From a virus (lineage: Duplodnaviria; Caudoviricetes): a stretch of DNA of 64,000 nt. The position numbers and the translations under genes are program-made. Under the pieces are notes generated by a model, which was given only the letters and a program-made list of their open reading frames with translations, was not told the DNA's origin and ran no database searches. The DNA lies in the IMG/VR virus record IMGVR_UViG_3300046660_000364, positions 2,201-66,200 of that record, one strand, 5' to 3'. Shown in pieces: positions 18,501 through 27,995 of this stretch; within the stretch, counting starts at the first letter, position 1, and each line of letters starts with the position of its first letter.

Positions 18501-19121
18501 CGCGCGGGCGGCCAGTTGCTCGCGCAGCGGCGACGGGGCCGACGGGTTATTCACATTGGCGTTCAGGCGCTGGGCGACCGCCTGGGCGTCGGCCTGGGCC
18601 TGCGGGGCACCGGCGGTGATCTGCTGGCGCAGGTTCGGCCCGGGCGCGGCGGCCGGTGGTGCGCCGGCGTTCAGGCGCGCCTGCACGGCTTTCGCGTCGT
18701 TCTGGGCCTGCAGCGAGTTCTTCACCAGGTCGTCGCGCAGGGACGGGTTGATGTTGCCGGGCTGGACGACGTCGGTCAGGGTCGGCGGCGCCAGGCGCTG
18801 GGCGACGGCGCGGGCCTGCTCCTGCTGCTGCGGGGCGGCCGCGGTGAGCTGCTGGCGCAGCGGCGCTTCGGCCGGGGCGGCGCCGGCCGCCATGCGCTGG
18901 GACACCGCGCGCGCGGCGGCCTGCTGCTGGGGCGCGGCATTGGTGAGCTGCTGACGCAGGTCGGGCGCGGGCGCGGCCTGGCGCGCGGCGACGTCGGCGA
19001 TGCGCTGGCGCACGGCATCGGTGCTGGCCTGTGCCTGCGGCTGGGCGGCGCTGATGCGCTCGCGCAGGTTCGGCTGTTGCGGACGCTCGCTGGCTTCGAT
19101 CAGGTCATCGGGGTTCGGCAT
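15555..19121 (-). CDS. Putative internal virion/ejection protein with SLT lytic transglycosylase domain and N-terminal repeats
   Basis: QE..SNRGAVGPMQV..GIRY..AAGYYGGPG SLT motifs; LRQQLTAAAPQ..AVAQRL repeats; lies just upstream of the giant protein. Confidence 0.8.
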   Translation of the reverse strand: MPNPDDLIEASERPQQPNLRERISAAQPQAQASTDAVRQRIADVAARQAAPAPDLRQQLTNAAPQQQAAARAVSQRMAAGAAPAEAPLRQQLTAAAPQQQEQARAVAQRLAPPTLTDVVQPGNINPSLRDDLVKNSLQAQNDAKAVQARLNAGAPPAAAPGPNLRQQITAGAPQAQADAQAVAQRLNANVNNPSAPSPLREQLAARAAAGPSAADQALRARMGGGSIAQAAQQAVAPAPAAANPAAAAQRVGAGVAGASGRAGAPAPAAAAPAVSPAAAPAAAGQPPAAGIRDASGRPVPTRVPGAPPGQLPAATSTGIPATARPDVGSLRASVGLPPTPAGSAAPAGAPAGAGTPPPAATIADAAAQQRMGAGVAGAAGRAAGAVAPAAEAGAGANASRLARTAYNVGKFAGTNRVLLGRAGVAAAGAQVINSFNDYKLKEPTLASQVTGGPGVDSSAGGTLDALAHGDLSMAGRSLLKGGKEALMDTGSGIAHFFDHFIPGHSRAALGYDKSMEEIFGDQLVRHPVLAAELEKARAANAGTPAKPAAAAAPAAAAPAAAAPAATPATKPAETAKPAEKPAAAPARTAAAPARPNMSAMAANARDEALGTIDNEEAQDPTAAYYQTDNHKDGTTTYETRDRGQITVHQPSEADRKLLDRVSVIDGRPDAGATFEQDGKVYKNVTVGKDEVGKPIIRAVSVDGAANTSTQVDDASLVRQYDEAKSRFNGPSDADRERITAFKGRQERRDGIEQQYQQMLSQLQGEQENAGPVADAARASVAPANPKFEAALAAEGAADPNFVNFARSLHGQENTSRTNAPTSNRGAVGPMQVRPGTFKDMADAGWDIKNTDHNMRAGIRYAKQMWDAAGGDPALAAAGYYGGPGGMAKARQGIAVRDPRNPNAPDTLQYGAQVTGRMGGGGAQSAPAQVAAGPARDVRNPLAGMVQVIDPDGTTHMVVPGFGGADITQAAYNNLRGTLERHPELTNRVALDNASGVTLDGKAADPARMRTNYEAYQAVVQANPAMASRVQVDNNGLLLDGTNYVPSNVLAGGDGVISQYLRNAQQAQRFAVNPHGADMAKTALQGEYANRGHQIAAGGSVEAAKIAAEAQKFDHNLVTIGGGFDASGMQRPQRAYRRDTNEWLEHPADRVYPPADPQAIADLKANPALAPEFLAKYGPAAYAAASNKK

Positions 19122-19136
19122 GGTCGGGTCCTCGGT

Positions 19137-21368
19137 TTATGGTTTGTGGTTGAAGATGTGCTGGTTCGACACTTCAAACCGGGTGGAACTGCCCACCGAC
19201 AGCGAATTGCGCACCTCGGTGCGGCGGTCGTTCGTCATGGTCTGCGAATGGACGTTCGACACGCTGTTGTTAATCGACTCGCTGATGGTCTCGTTGTCGC
19301 TGAAGGTCTTGCTGTCGTTGTACGACGAGGTCCCGCCGGTGGTGTTCGCGAAGGTCGTCGAGTGATTGTTCGAGGCCGTGTTCGCCGTCGAGATACTGTT
19401 GGTGGTCGAGACCACCTTGTTCTGGCTGGTCGAGTCGCTGGTCGAGTCGCTGGTGCTGTGCGAGAACGAGTTCGACACGTGCACCGAACTGATGCGGGCG
19501 GCGGCGATCTGGGCGTCGGCCTGCGCCCCGGCCAGCTGCGCGGCTTGCGCGGCCTGCTGTCCCAGCAGCGTGGCGCGGGTCAGGATGCCGCCGCTGGCGA
19601 TGGCGGCCATCTGGATCGCGTTCTGGGCCTTGATGATGATGCCCTGCATGTCGGCCTGGATGCCGGTGCTTTTGGCGGCGACGTGGGCGCCGCTCGCGTA
19701 CTGCTCGGTCTGCGCCACCAGTCGCTCGCCGCTGGCGGTCAGGCTGGCGGCCTCGGTGCGGGTCTGGGCCGTCGCCTGCACGATCTGGCTCTTGTAGGTC
19801 TCGATCGAGAACTCCTGCTGGCGCACCTGCAGGCTGGCCGCGGCCGCCTTGTCCTGCACCAGCGCGCCGTAGGCCTGGATCTGCGAGGTATACCCGGCCA
19901 CCTCGGCGCCGAACAGGTCGAGCTTGGCGTGCTCGTTCTGCAGCTGCGCCAGGTAGCCCTGCACCGCCAGCGCCGATCCCTTGGCGCGCGCGGCGGCGCC
20001 CTCGACCTGGCTTTTGTACAGCTCGGTGCGGTTCTTGTTGTTGGCCACCGCCAGCGAGACCGCGGAGACGCGCGCCCGGTACACCTCGGCCAGCGCTTTC
20101 ACCCCATCCACCTGGGCCGTGTACTGCTGGGCCAGCTGGACGTTGAGCTGGCCGCGCGCCTTGACCGCTTCCAGTTCGGCCTTGTAGAGGTCGAGGCGGG
20201 ACAGGACGGCGGTCAAACGGGCCTTGAACACCTCGGCCTTGGCGCCGAAGGCCTGGACGTCGGCCTGGTACAGGTTGACGCGGGCGTCGAACAGCTGCAT
20301 CGCGGCCTCGATCCGGTAGCGGGCGGCGTCCAGGGCGCGCTGCTGGACCTGGTTGTACAGGGCGATCAGGTGGCCTTCGAGCTGCATCGCGTTGGCGAAC
20401 GCGAACGCGAAGTTCGACACCTGCATGCGGGCCTGCGCGACCATCAGCTCGCGGCTGGCGTCGCGGTCGTGCTCGATGCCGGCGTTGACGGCGCCCTGCA
20501 GCAGCCGCGCCAGCTCGCCGCCGGGCAGATTAAAGCCGCGCGCGGCGACCTGCGCGCTGGCCTCGTCGAACCCGCGGGCGCCGGCCGCGGCGGCCTCGTC
20601 GACGCTCTTGTCCCAGATGCGCTGCTCGACTTCAAGCGGCAGCGCCGACCAGGCGCCGTTCACCAGGCCGAGCAGGCGGCCGTTGAGGTCGGCCAGCAGG
20701 TCGGACTGGTACTCGATCTCGGCCCAGGTGAATTCCAGCTCGGGCGGCAGGATCGGCGCGGGGGCGTCGTCGGTAAAGGTCGGCACCTCGAAGGTGGGGG
20801 CGTCCGGCAGCGCCAGCGCGACCAGGTCCGGCACCGGCGGCAGCGTGAAGTCCGGTTCGACCGGGGCGCCGACGTCGGCCAGCTCGAGCGGGGCCGGCAC
20901 CGGCAGGTCGAACGGATCGGGCAGCGGCACGTCGATCAGCAGCGGCGGCACCAGGTCGTAGGGCGGCGGCGACACATCGCCCAGATTCAGCGGCGGCGGC
21001 GCCGGCGGCAGCACCGGCGGCGGCGGCAGCTGCACCGACATGTCGCCAGGGGCCGCCGGGCCAGTGCCGGCCTCCAGCGTCACCGGGGGGATGTCGAGGG
21101 TCGGGTGGACGATCGGTGGCAGCGACAGGTCGATCGCCGCCAGCGCCGCGATCGCGGCATGGCCGAGCGTCATCGCCTGGTTGGTCAGGTTGCCGGACGC
21201 CTCGCGCAGGGTGTCGCTGAGTTCGCGGACGGTGGTTTCCTGCGCCGGCGGCGGCGGCGGCGTGAACGGCGGCAGCGGCGGCAGCTGGTCCAGCGGCGAA
21301 GGGATCACCTCGATCGCGGTCGGGGCGTCGGTGGCGGTCGGGTCGACGGGAGTGGTGGTGTCGGTCAT
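19137..21368 (-). CDS. Putative ejection/tail protein: Pro-rich N-terminus, coiled coil, Ser/Thr/Asn-rich tail (paralog 2)
   Basis: GAGGA RBS before MTDTTTPVDP at 21368; the upstream part of track ORF 19137..22862 is a shadow frame; similar to 21380..23737 (LF[DN]ARVNL..ADV.AF..KAEVFKARL). Confidence 0.8.
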   Translation of the reverse strand: MTDTTTPVDPTATDAPTAIEVIPSPLDQLPPLPPFTPPPPPAQETTVRELSDTLREASGNLTNQAMTLGHAAIAALAAIDLSLPPIVHPTLDIPPVTLEAGTGPAAPGDMSVQLPPPPVLPPAPPPLNLGDVSPPPYDLVPPLLIDVPLPDPFDLPVPAPLELADVGAPVEPDFTLPPVPDLVALALPDAPTFEVPTFTDDAPAPILPPELEFTWAEIEYQSDLLADLNGRLLGLVNGAWSALPLEVEQRIWDKSVDEAAAAGARGFDEASAQVAARGFNLPGGELARLLQGAVNAGIEHDRDASRELMVAQARMQVSNFAFAFANAMQLEGHLIALYNQVQQRALDAARYRIEAAMQLFDARVNLYQADVQAFGAKAEVFKARLTAVLSRLDLYKAELEAVKARGQLNVQLAQQYTAQVDGVKALAEVYRARVSAVSLAVANNKNRTELYKSQVEGAAARAKGSALAVQGYLAQLQNEHAKLDLFGAEVAGYTSQIQAYGALVQDKAAAASLQVRQQEFSIETYKSQIVQATAQTRTEAASLTASGERLVAQTEQYASGAHVAAKSTGIQADMQGIIIKAQNAIQMAAIASGGILTRATLLGQQAAQAAQLAGAQADAQIAAARISSVHVSNSFSHSTSDSTSDSTSQNKVVSTTNSISTANTASNNHSTTFANTTGGTSSYNDSKTFSDNETISESINNSVSNVHSQTMTNDRRTEVRNSLSVGSSTRFEVSNQHIFNHKP

Positions 21369-21379
21369 GGGCGTCCTCG

Positions 21380-23737
21380 TCAGTCGCGGTGCGTGGTGCG
21401 GTCGACGCGCTCGAAGGAGCTGGCGAAGCCCCAGTTGTTGTTGGAGCTGGTGGTCGCGGTGTAGTGCAGCGCGGTCGAGTCGTTGTTGTTGGTGCTGTAG
21501 GCGGTGCTGATGGTGTTGCTGTGGCCGTGGTTGAAGTGGCGGCCGGCGACGTTGCTGATGACCTTGTTGAACGTGTTGCCCGAGACAATGCTCTGGCTGT
21601 CGTTGAGGCTGACGCCGGTGCTGGTCGAGTTGATCGAGCTGGTGCTGTTGACGGTACTGCTCGAGGTGTTGATGCTGTTGCTGCTCGAGCGCGAACTGGC
21701 TTTGCTGATCATGGTGTGGATGGTGGTCATCGAGGCCGAGGCGGCGCCGATCTGGCCGGCGATCTGGGCCGCCGAGCGGGCCGCCTGCTCGGTCATGCGG
21801 GTCTGGATCTCGGTCGCCGCCAGGTTCTCGCGGGCCGTCTCGACCCCGATCTGGGCCGCGCCGATCGCCGCCTCGGCAGTGACCTGGGCGACCTTGACCC
21901 CGGCCTCGGCGTTCTCGATCGCCGCGCCCTGGCCGATGACGAAGGCGCGCACCTGCGCGCTGTACAGGCTGGCGGTGGCGCGCAGCTGCTCGATGGCGGC
22001 GTCGGCGCTGGCGCGGTAGCCCTCGGTCTGGGCGCGCAGGTTCTCGATCGGCAGCTCGATGGTTTCCTTGACCGCCAGGTCGATCAGGCTGCTCTTGGCC
22101 CGCACCAGCGCCTCGAAGCCGCCCACGCGCGAACGGTAGGCGCCGACCTGCTTGTCGAACAGCGCCGCCTTCTCGGCCTGGCCGCGCACGCTGGCGGCGT
22201 AGCGCTCGTAGTCGTTCTGCATCGCCGCCACCTGCGCCTCGTAGGCCTGGATGCGCGCGTGGTACTGGTCGGCGCGGGCCTTGTTGGCGTCCGCCATCTG
22301 CTGGGCTGCCTCGACCTGGGTGCGGTAGGTGTCGGCGACCACCCGGACCCCGCCAATGCGGGCCTGGTAGATCGCCAGCATCTGGCCGTTGACCTCGCCG
22401 CGCACGAGTGCCGCCTCGATCTGGGCGCGGTACACGGTGACGCCGGCCAGCGCCTGCTGCAGGCGGGCCTTGAACACCTCGGCCTTCATGGCAAACGCGC
22501 TGACGTCGGCGCGCATCAGGTTGACGCGCGCGTTGAACAGCTGGATCTCGGTGGCGATCACGGCCTTGGCCGCTTCCAGCGCGCGCTGCTGGACCGCGTT
22601 GTGCTTGTCCAGCAGGCGCGCTTCGGCCGAGATCGTGCCCTCGATCGCAAAGCGCAGGTTCTGCTGGGCCAGGTTGGCGCGTTCGACGGCGACCGCGCGC
22701 GCCAGGCTGGCGCTGCGCAGCAGGCCGCCGTGGGTTGCCTGCTGCACCATGCGCGTGAGGGTGCCGTCTGGCATCGCAAACCCGCGCCGGCGCAGCATGC
22801 GCTGGGCCTCGCCGACGGCGCGCCGGGTCAGCAGCTGTTCGCGGGCGGCGCCGCGCTCCCACAGCGCCTGTTCCAGCTGCGGGTCGATGCCGGTTGCGGC
22901 CTCGTCCACCAGCAGCTGGCCGAGGCGCACGTTGATCGTGTTCAGCAGCTGCGAGTTGTACTCGACCTCGTGGTAGACCAGCGCGGCGTCGGGCGCGTCC
23001 GGGCGCGCGCCGAGGCTGGCGTCGAACTGCGGCAGCTCGATCGCCGGCGCGTCCGGGATCGCCAGTTCGAGCAGGGTCGGGGCTGGCGGCAGCACGAAGT
23101 CCGGCGGCGGCGGTGCGCTGACGTCGAGCAGCAGCGGCTCGTCCGGCATGATGACCGTGATCGGGTCGGGCAGCTCGAGGTCGGCGATCGCGGGCGCCAC
23201 CAGGTCGTACACCGGCAGCGGCGGCAGGGTCAGGAAGCTGCCGCCGCCGGCGCCGGTGGGCAGCGGCTCCGGCATCGGCGGGAAGTTGCCGGTGTCCAGC
23301 GCGCTGGACGGCGCCGCGGCCAGCGCCTGCTGCGACAGCGTCACCGACGACGTGGTCTGCTGGCCCATCGGGCTGAAAGCGTGCAACACCATGCCCAGGC
23401 TGCCGAGGGCGTCGAGGGCGGCGCCCTGGGCGTCCTGCGAGGCGGCCAGGAAACCGTCGACGATGCGGGTGGTCTCGGCGCTGTTGTCGGTGGCGGTCCA
23501 GTCGCCCGGGTCGTGCGGTTCGACGCCGACCGGGGTGATGCTGGCGCCGCCGCCGCTGTTGGTCTGGGTCGGCGGCGCCGGCGGGAACGCCGGCATGCCG
23601 GACAGGGAGGTCAGCGCGATCAGGGCTTCGAGCGGCGCCAGCGGCAGCGGCGCCGGCAGCGGCTGCGGCAGCGGCGCCTCCGGCGGGCTGTCGGGGTCGA
23701 GGCTGGTCGGGTCGAAGAGGGTCGGGTCGTACGTCAT
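21380..23737 (-). CDS. Putative ejection/tail protein: Pro-rich N-terminus, coiled coil, Ser/Thr/Asn-rich tail (paralog 1)
   Basis: 785-aa ORF with GGAG RBS; same architecture as its downstream neighbour. Confidence 0.8.
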   Translation of the reverse strand: MTYDPTLFDPTSLDPDSPPEAPLPQPLPAPLPLAPLEALIALTSLSGMPAFPPAPPTQTNSGGGASITPVGVEPHDPGDWTATDNSAETTRIVDGFLAASQDAQGAALDALGSLGMVLHAFSPMGQQTTSSVTLSQQALAAAPSSALDTGNFPPMPEPLPTGAGGGSFLTLPPLPVYDLVAPAIADLELPDPITVIMPDEPLLLDVSAPPPPDFVLPPAPTLLELAIPDAPAIELPQFDASLGARPDAPDAALVYHEVEYNSQLLNTINVRLGQLLVDEAATGIDPQLEQALWERGAAREQLLTRRAVGEAQRMLRRRGFAMPDGTLTRMVQQATHGGLLRSASLARAVAVERANLAQQNLRFAIEGTISAEARLLDKHNAVQQRALEAAKAVIATEIQLFNARVNLMRADVSAFAMKAEVFKARLQQALAGVTVYRAQIEAALVRGEVNGQMLAIYQARIGGVRVVADTYRTQVEAAQQMADANKARADQYHARIQAYEAQVAAMQNDYERYAASVRGQAEKAALFDKQVGAYRSRVGGFEALVRAKSSLIDLAVKETIELPIENLRAQTEGYRASADAAIEQLRATASLYSAQVRAFVIGQGAAIENAEAGVKVAQVTAEAAIGAAQIGVETARENLAATEIQTRMTEQAARSAAQIAGQIGAASASMTTIHTMISKASSRSSSNSINTSSSTVNSTSSINSTSTGVSLNDSQSIVSGNTFNKVISNVAGRHFNHGHSNTISTAYSTNNNDSTALHYTATTSSNNNWGFASSFERVDRTTHRD

Positions 23738-23758
23738 GGGCGCTCCGCGAAAAAAGGG

Positions 23759-25786
23759 TCAGCAGCAGCTGGTGGTTTGCGGCGGGTCGGCGAAATACAC
23801 GCCCTGGCCGTTGTCGAAGAAGAAGGTGCCCTTGACCGCGGTGATCGAGATCCCGACGCTCCTGCGGCAGGCGTCACGCGCCTGCACCCGGTACGGGTAG
23901 TACCAGAACAGTTCCGGCTGGTACGGGCTGGCGTAGGGGTTGCCGAACGAGTCGGTCTGGTCGGTGTAGTCGTAGTCGTCGACGCTGCTGACCAGCGGCA
24001 CCGCTTCGAGCGCCATGCCCATCGCGTCGAGGCACCAGATTTGCGACTTGCTGACGCCCCCCAGCATGTCCTGCAGGCCGCCCTCGCCGCCGGGGTCGCT
24101 GATCTTGACCTGGCCATACACCCCGGCGCTGGCCGCCTCGAACACCCGGAACAGCGCATACGCCATGTACTCGGCATACTCGGTCTGCTCGGGCTGGGAC
24201 GGGCCGTAGACGGTGAAGTAGATGTCGAACGGCAGGCGGTCGTCGCCCGGATTGCCGTAGGTGCCGCCGCCGAGGATCGGGGCCAGGTCGGCCTTGCCCT
24301 GGTCGATCCAGCGCGCGCTGCCGCCGAGCGGGTCGATCGCCAGGTACTGCGGCGCGAAGTTCGGCCCGACCGGGTTCGGCCCGCCGGCGTGGCTGCAGGG
24401 GTCGGGATCGTCGACGCCGTACGGGAGGTAGGCGTACTCGCGGTCGTCGGCGCTGGCCACGGTGGTGCTGAAATTGAGCGTGATGGCCTCGGTGCCGCGG
24501 CCCAGGCGCACCTCGATCTCGATGCTGGTGTTCAGGGTGGTGTCGACCGGCTTCATGTACTGGTCGTAGTCGCTGGTAGCGCTGCGCCGACCCAGCCCGC
24601 TGGGGTCGCCCGCGTACAGCGGGATCTCCTCGCCGGCGCGGGTCGAGCGCAGCTGCGGGGCGTCGTCGAAGATGTGCACGGCGAGCACGTAGTCGCCGGG
24701 CAGCAGGGTGTTGCGCATGCCGAGCTTTTCCAGCGCGCGGCGCGCCGCCAGCACATGCGGGCGGCTTTCGACCGGCTCCTCCTGGTCGTCCTCGTCGGGA
24801 TCGCAGACGTACACGATGTCCCACAGGCGCGGCGCGATCGGGTAGGAGCCGTGGATCTGGCGGTCGCCGTAGTTGCGCACCTGGGCGCCGGTCTGGTCGT
24901 CAGCCAGCGGGTCGTACGGCAGCCAGCGGGTCAGGTCCGGCTGGTTCTGCACCGTGGCCCAGGTGCTGAAACAGCGCAGGCCGTTGGCCGAGGTCTCGAA
25001 TTCGCCCTCGTCGACGTTTTCCGCCACCGAGATATGGTGGGTGCCGGGGATGATGTTCAGCTGCGAACCGCCGCTGGCGTACCAGAGGTCGTAGCTGCTC
25101 TGGACCGCGCCGTGGACGTCGTCGGAAAAGGTCAGCGGGAACGCGGTATCGGCCGTGTAGCTGCCGTCGTCGGACGAGACCAGGTTGATGCCCTTGCCGC
25201 ACCACACGGCGGTCGAGCTGATGATGCCGCGCAGCGGGTGCTCGCCGTCCCACAGCGGGCCGGAATCCGGCTCGACCATGATAGCATTCACGGCGTACCA
25301 GGGCACGTTGGCGTTGGTCGAGCGGATGCCGACCCACAGGTAGTCGCTGCGTTCCTTCTTGCGTTCCTCGTCCTCGTCCTCGACCTCGCGCAGCTTGACC
25401 GGCGGCAGCGGCGGCGGCTCGTCGACAAAGCCTCCCTCGGCGTCGATGTGGCGCCAGGAGAAGTTGGCGGGGGCCTCGGCGTGCGCGCTGTGGACGCCGG
25501 CCGGCGCGTCGGGCAGCGGCAGCGGGGTCTCGATGCGCACCGTGTGGGTGCCGTTGTTGGTGATCGCGGTCAGGCGGGTGCCGTCCTCGAGCATGTGGAC
25601 CTGCTGGTGAAAGCCGCCGTCCTCGCCGTTCCTGATGCGCTCCTCGACGCCGGAGGCGTTCAGCATCCGGCCCAGCAGCCGGCGGCCCTCCAGGCTGTAC
25701 GACATCGCCAGCTCGGGGTCGCCGGCCAGCTGCATCTGCACCAGGCCGCCGAACGGCCGGACGTCATCGGGGTCACGCTTGCTCAT
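23759..25786 (-). CDS. Putative tail protein, acidic, unknown function
   Basis: ATG at 25786 overlaps the upstream stop (MSKRDPDDVRPF); coding-like composition; lies in the tail operon. Confidence 0.7.
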   Translation of the reverse strand: MSKRDPDDVRPFGGLVQMQLAGDPELAMSYSLEGRRLLGRMLNASGVEERIRNGEDGGFHQQVHMLEDGTRLTAITNNGTHTVRIETPLPLPDAPAGVHSAHAEAPANFSWRHIDAEGGFVDEPPPLPPVKLREVEDEDEERKKERSDYLWVGIRSTNANVPWYAVNAIMVEPDSGPLWDGEHPLRGIISSTAVWCGKGINLVSSDDGSYTADTAFPLTFSDDVHGAVQSSYDLWYASGGSQLNIIPGTHHISVAENVDEGEFETSANGLRCFSTWATVQNQPDLTRWLPYDPLADDQTGAQVRNYGDRQIHGSYPIAPRLWDIVYVCDPDEDDQEEPVESRPHVLAARRALEKLGMRNTLLPGDYVLAVHIFDDAPQLRSTRAGEEIPLYAGDPSGLGRRSATSDYDQYMKPVDTTLNTSIEIEVRLGRGTEAITLNFSTTVASADDREYAYLPYGVDDPDPCSHAGGPNPVGPNFAPQYLAIDPLGGSARWIDQGKADLAPILGGGTYGNPGDDRLPFDIYFTVYGPSQPEQTEYAEYMAYALFRVFEAASAGVYGQVKISDPGGEGGLQDMLGGVSKSQIWCLDAMGMALEAVPLVSSVDDYDYTDQTDSFGNPYASPYQPELFWYYPYRVQARDACRRSVGISITAVKGTFFFDNGQGVYFADPPQTTSCC

Positions 25787-27072
25787 ACGCTGCGCGAGAG
25801 CGGCGCCACGTTCAGGCCGAGGCTGGCCAGCTCGAACTTGCCGCCATTCGTGTTGGCCAGGCGCCACTGCCAGTAGCGGCCGTCGACGCCGCGCCCGAAC
25901 TTCACACGCGTGCCATGCAGCGCCTCGCCGGCCTGGCGCGGCGCCAGCCGGTAGGTGTATTCGTGGTGTTCGTCGGTGACGAGCGTCATTTCCATCTCGC
26001 CGCCGGCGCGGTAGCCGACATAGGCCGCCTCGATCCGTTTCCGTTCGCTGCTGCCGAGGTCGCTGGTGCCGGACACGACCTGCGCGTCGATCGGCGCGCC
26101 CAGGTCGGTGTCGCCCATCAGGGCGACGATGCCCTCACTGGTGGCGGCCAGGGTCACGCCGGCGAACTGCGCAAAGCTGTTGGCGCTCAAGCCGTCGTAG
26201 CGGGTCACGCCTTTCAGGCGGGTGTTCAGCACCAGCGCGACGGTGTGCGGGCGCGTCAGGCGCACGGTCGACGCGCTCAGCGAGAACGCCGGCAGCAGCA
26301 GGTTGGCCGCGCCGATCAGCTCGCCGAAGCCGCTGCCGCCGGGGTCGCCCGCGCTGCCGTTGGCGCCGGCCGCGTACAGCGGCAGGGTCAGCAGGGCGTG
26401 CGCCACGGTGCCGCTGGCAGCGCTCGCCTGCAGGGTCAGCGGATTCAGGGTGATGCTGGCGGCAAGCACGCTGTCGGTGCTGCCGCGGGCGGCCAGCTGC
26501 AGCAGCGGCAGGCGCACATCGCCGGCGCTGCTGCCGTCCTGGTAGCTGGTGCCGGCCGCGTTCCACCGGGCCAGCGCCAGCAGGCCGTGCGACAGGCTGC
26601 CGGCCAGGCCGCCGGCGTCGGTCTGGAACGGCGGCAGCGCCAGCGCGGCGTGGTCGACACCGCGCGCGTCGAGCGAGAATGGCGCCAGCGCCAGGCTGCC
26701 CGCCTGGGCCAGGGCGCCGGTGATGGCGGTGCCGGCCAGCTGCAGCTGGGCCAGCTCGAGCGCCGCCTGCATCGCGCCGGTGCCGGTGAAGGCGGGCAGG
26801 TCGAGGCGGCCGTGGACGGCACTGCCGCCGACCGCCGTCGCGCTCAGCTGCAGGTGGCGCAGCGTCATGCCGTCGGCGCTGCCGCCGCTGGCGCTGAACG
26901 GTTCCAGCCACAGGACCAGGCCGAGCGGCTCGAACAGCTGGCCGGCGATGCCGGTGGCATTGGCCAGGTACGGCGGCAACGGCAGCGCCGACTCGAGTGA
27001 TCCTTCGAGGTGGAAAGGGGTCCTTTCCTTCGGGTTCAGGTCGCCCAGGTAGAGGTTGCCGTCGATCGCCAT
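25783..27072 (-). CDS. Putative tail/structural protein with ~20-aa LxLP repeats
   Basis: 429-aa ORF with GAGG RBS; C-terminal domain (YVGYR..RVKFGRGVDGRYWQ) typical of podophage tail-region proteins. Confidence 0.7.
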   Translation of the reverse strand: MAIDGNLYLGDLNPKERTPFHLEGSLESALPLPPYLANATGIAGQLFEPLGLVLWLEPFSASGGSADGMTLRHLQLSATAVGGSAVHGRLDLPAFTGTGAMQAALELAQLQLAGTAITGALAQAGSLALAPFSLDARGVDHAALALPPFQTDAGGLAGSLSHGLLALARWNAAGTSYQDGSSAGDVRLPLLQLAARGSTDSVLAASITLNPLTLQASAASGTVAHALLTLPLYAAGANGSAGDPGGSGFGELIGAANLLLPAFSLSASTVRLTRPHTVALVLNTRLKGVTRYDGLSANSFAQFAGVTLAATSEGIVALMGDTDLGAPIDAQVVSGTSDLGSSERKRIEAAYVGYRAGGEMEMTLVTDEHHEYTYRLAPRQAGEALHGTRVKFGRGVDGRYWQWRLANTNGGKFELASLGLNVAPLSRSV

Positions 27073-27084
27073 ACCGGCCTCGCC

Positions 27085-27855
27085 TTACGCGCTCGGCAGC
27101 GTGATCGGGAACGACGCGATGGTCTGCGTGGCGCCCGCGGTGAGGGTGGTGCTGGACATGTTCAGCTGGGCGCCCGAGGTGGCGATCGCACCGTCGATGC
27201 GGACCTGGGCGGCCAGCGAGTCGACCACGCCCGAGTCGGCGACCGAGCCGGTGAAGCGGAACCAGCCGGCGGTGCCGGACGCGACCGCGACCCCCGACCA
27301 TGCCTGGCTGTCGAGTTTGGAGACGACGCCGCCGCTGGACTCGCCGAATTTCAGGCCGTTCACGGCCGTGACGCCGCCGGACAGGGCGGCGACCGTGGCG
27401 GTCAGGGTGGTGACGCCGGCGGCGATGGTCAGCCCGTTGGCGCCGGCGCCCATGCCGCGCGGGGCGGTGATGGTGACGACCGCGCCGCTGCTGGTGGCGG
27501 TGTAGTCCGGCACCGAGCGGGCCGCGTTGATGGCGCTGGCCAGCGCCGCGGCGGTGGTATTCAGGTCCGTGTTGAACGCGACCGGGGCGTCGATGATGGC
27601 CACGCCGCCGACGGTCAGGCTGTCGACCGAGCCGCTTGATCCGGACAGGGTGACGGTGCCGGTCGCCAGCACCTCGGCGGTACGGGCGCCCGAGCTGGCG
27701 GTGACGGTGCACAGCAGGGTGCCGGTCGGGGCCGCATCGGCGCTGGCCGGCTGGGCGCCGGAATAGATCTGGATCTGGCCGTTCTGGAAGGCCCCTTTCA
27801 GGGAACCGGCCGCATTGATGAAGTCGCGCGCCGCAGTGCTGAGCCGCAATGTCAT
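27085..27855 (-). CDS. Virion structural protein (IYSGAQP family)
   Basis: AAGGAG RBS; MTLRLST..IQIYSGAQPASADAAPTGTLL..GTAGWFR..RIDG; paralog at 61805..62224. Confidence 0.75.
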   Translation of the reverse strand: MTLRLSTAARDFINAAGSLKGAFQNGQIQIYSGAQPASADAAPTGTLLCTVTASSGARTAEVLATGTVTLSGSSGSVDSLTVGGVAIIDAPVAFNTDLNTTAAALASAINAARSVPDYTATSSGAVVTITAPRGMGAGANGLTIAAGVTTLTATVAALSGGVTAVNGLKFGESSGGVVSKLDSQAWSGVAVASGTAGWFRFTGSVADSGVVDSLAAQVRIDGAIATSGAQLNMSSTTLTAGATQTIASFPITLPSA

Positions 27856-27889
27856 GGTGAATCTCCTTGGTAGACCCCTCAAGCGGGGC

Positions 27890-27917
27890 GAAAAAAAAGC
27901 CCCGCGGAGGCGGGGCT
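27890..27917 (-). terminator. Rho-independent terminator
   Basis: AGCCCCGC-ctcc-GCGGGGCT stem followed by a U8 tract on the minus strand. Confidence 0.8.
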
Positions 27918-27995
27918 AGGGGGGAAACGGGAAAGAATCCGGTACTGAACCCGGTTCAGTGCTGAATTGAGGGCTTGACAGCGTTGAACGCTGTG

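Noticed and set aside
21369-22862. 500-codon N-terminal extension of track ORF 19137..22862 as a possible frameshift fusion of the two paralogs
   Set aside because: R/G/P-rich off-frame composition typical of high-GC shadows; no slippery site seen; a good RBS and ATG exist at 21368.
279-25876. Very long plus-strand ORFs (279..3191, 3240..7715, 8727..13727, 14037..21464, 21389..25876)
   Set aside because: Antisense shadows of GC3-rich minus-strand genes; V/L/G/R/A-rich, with no motifs or convincing RBS.
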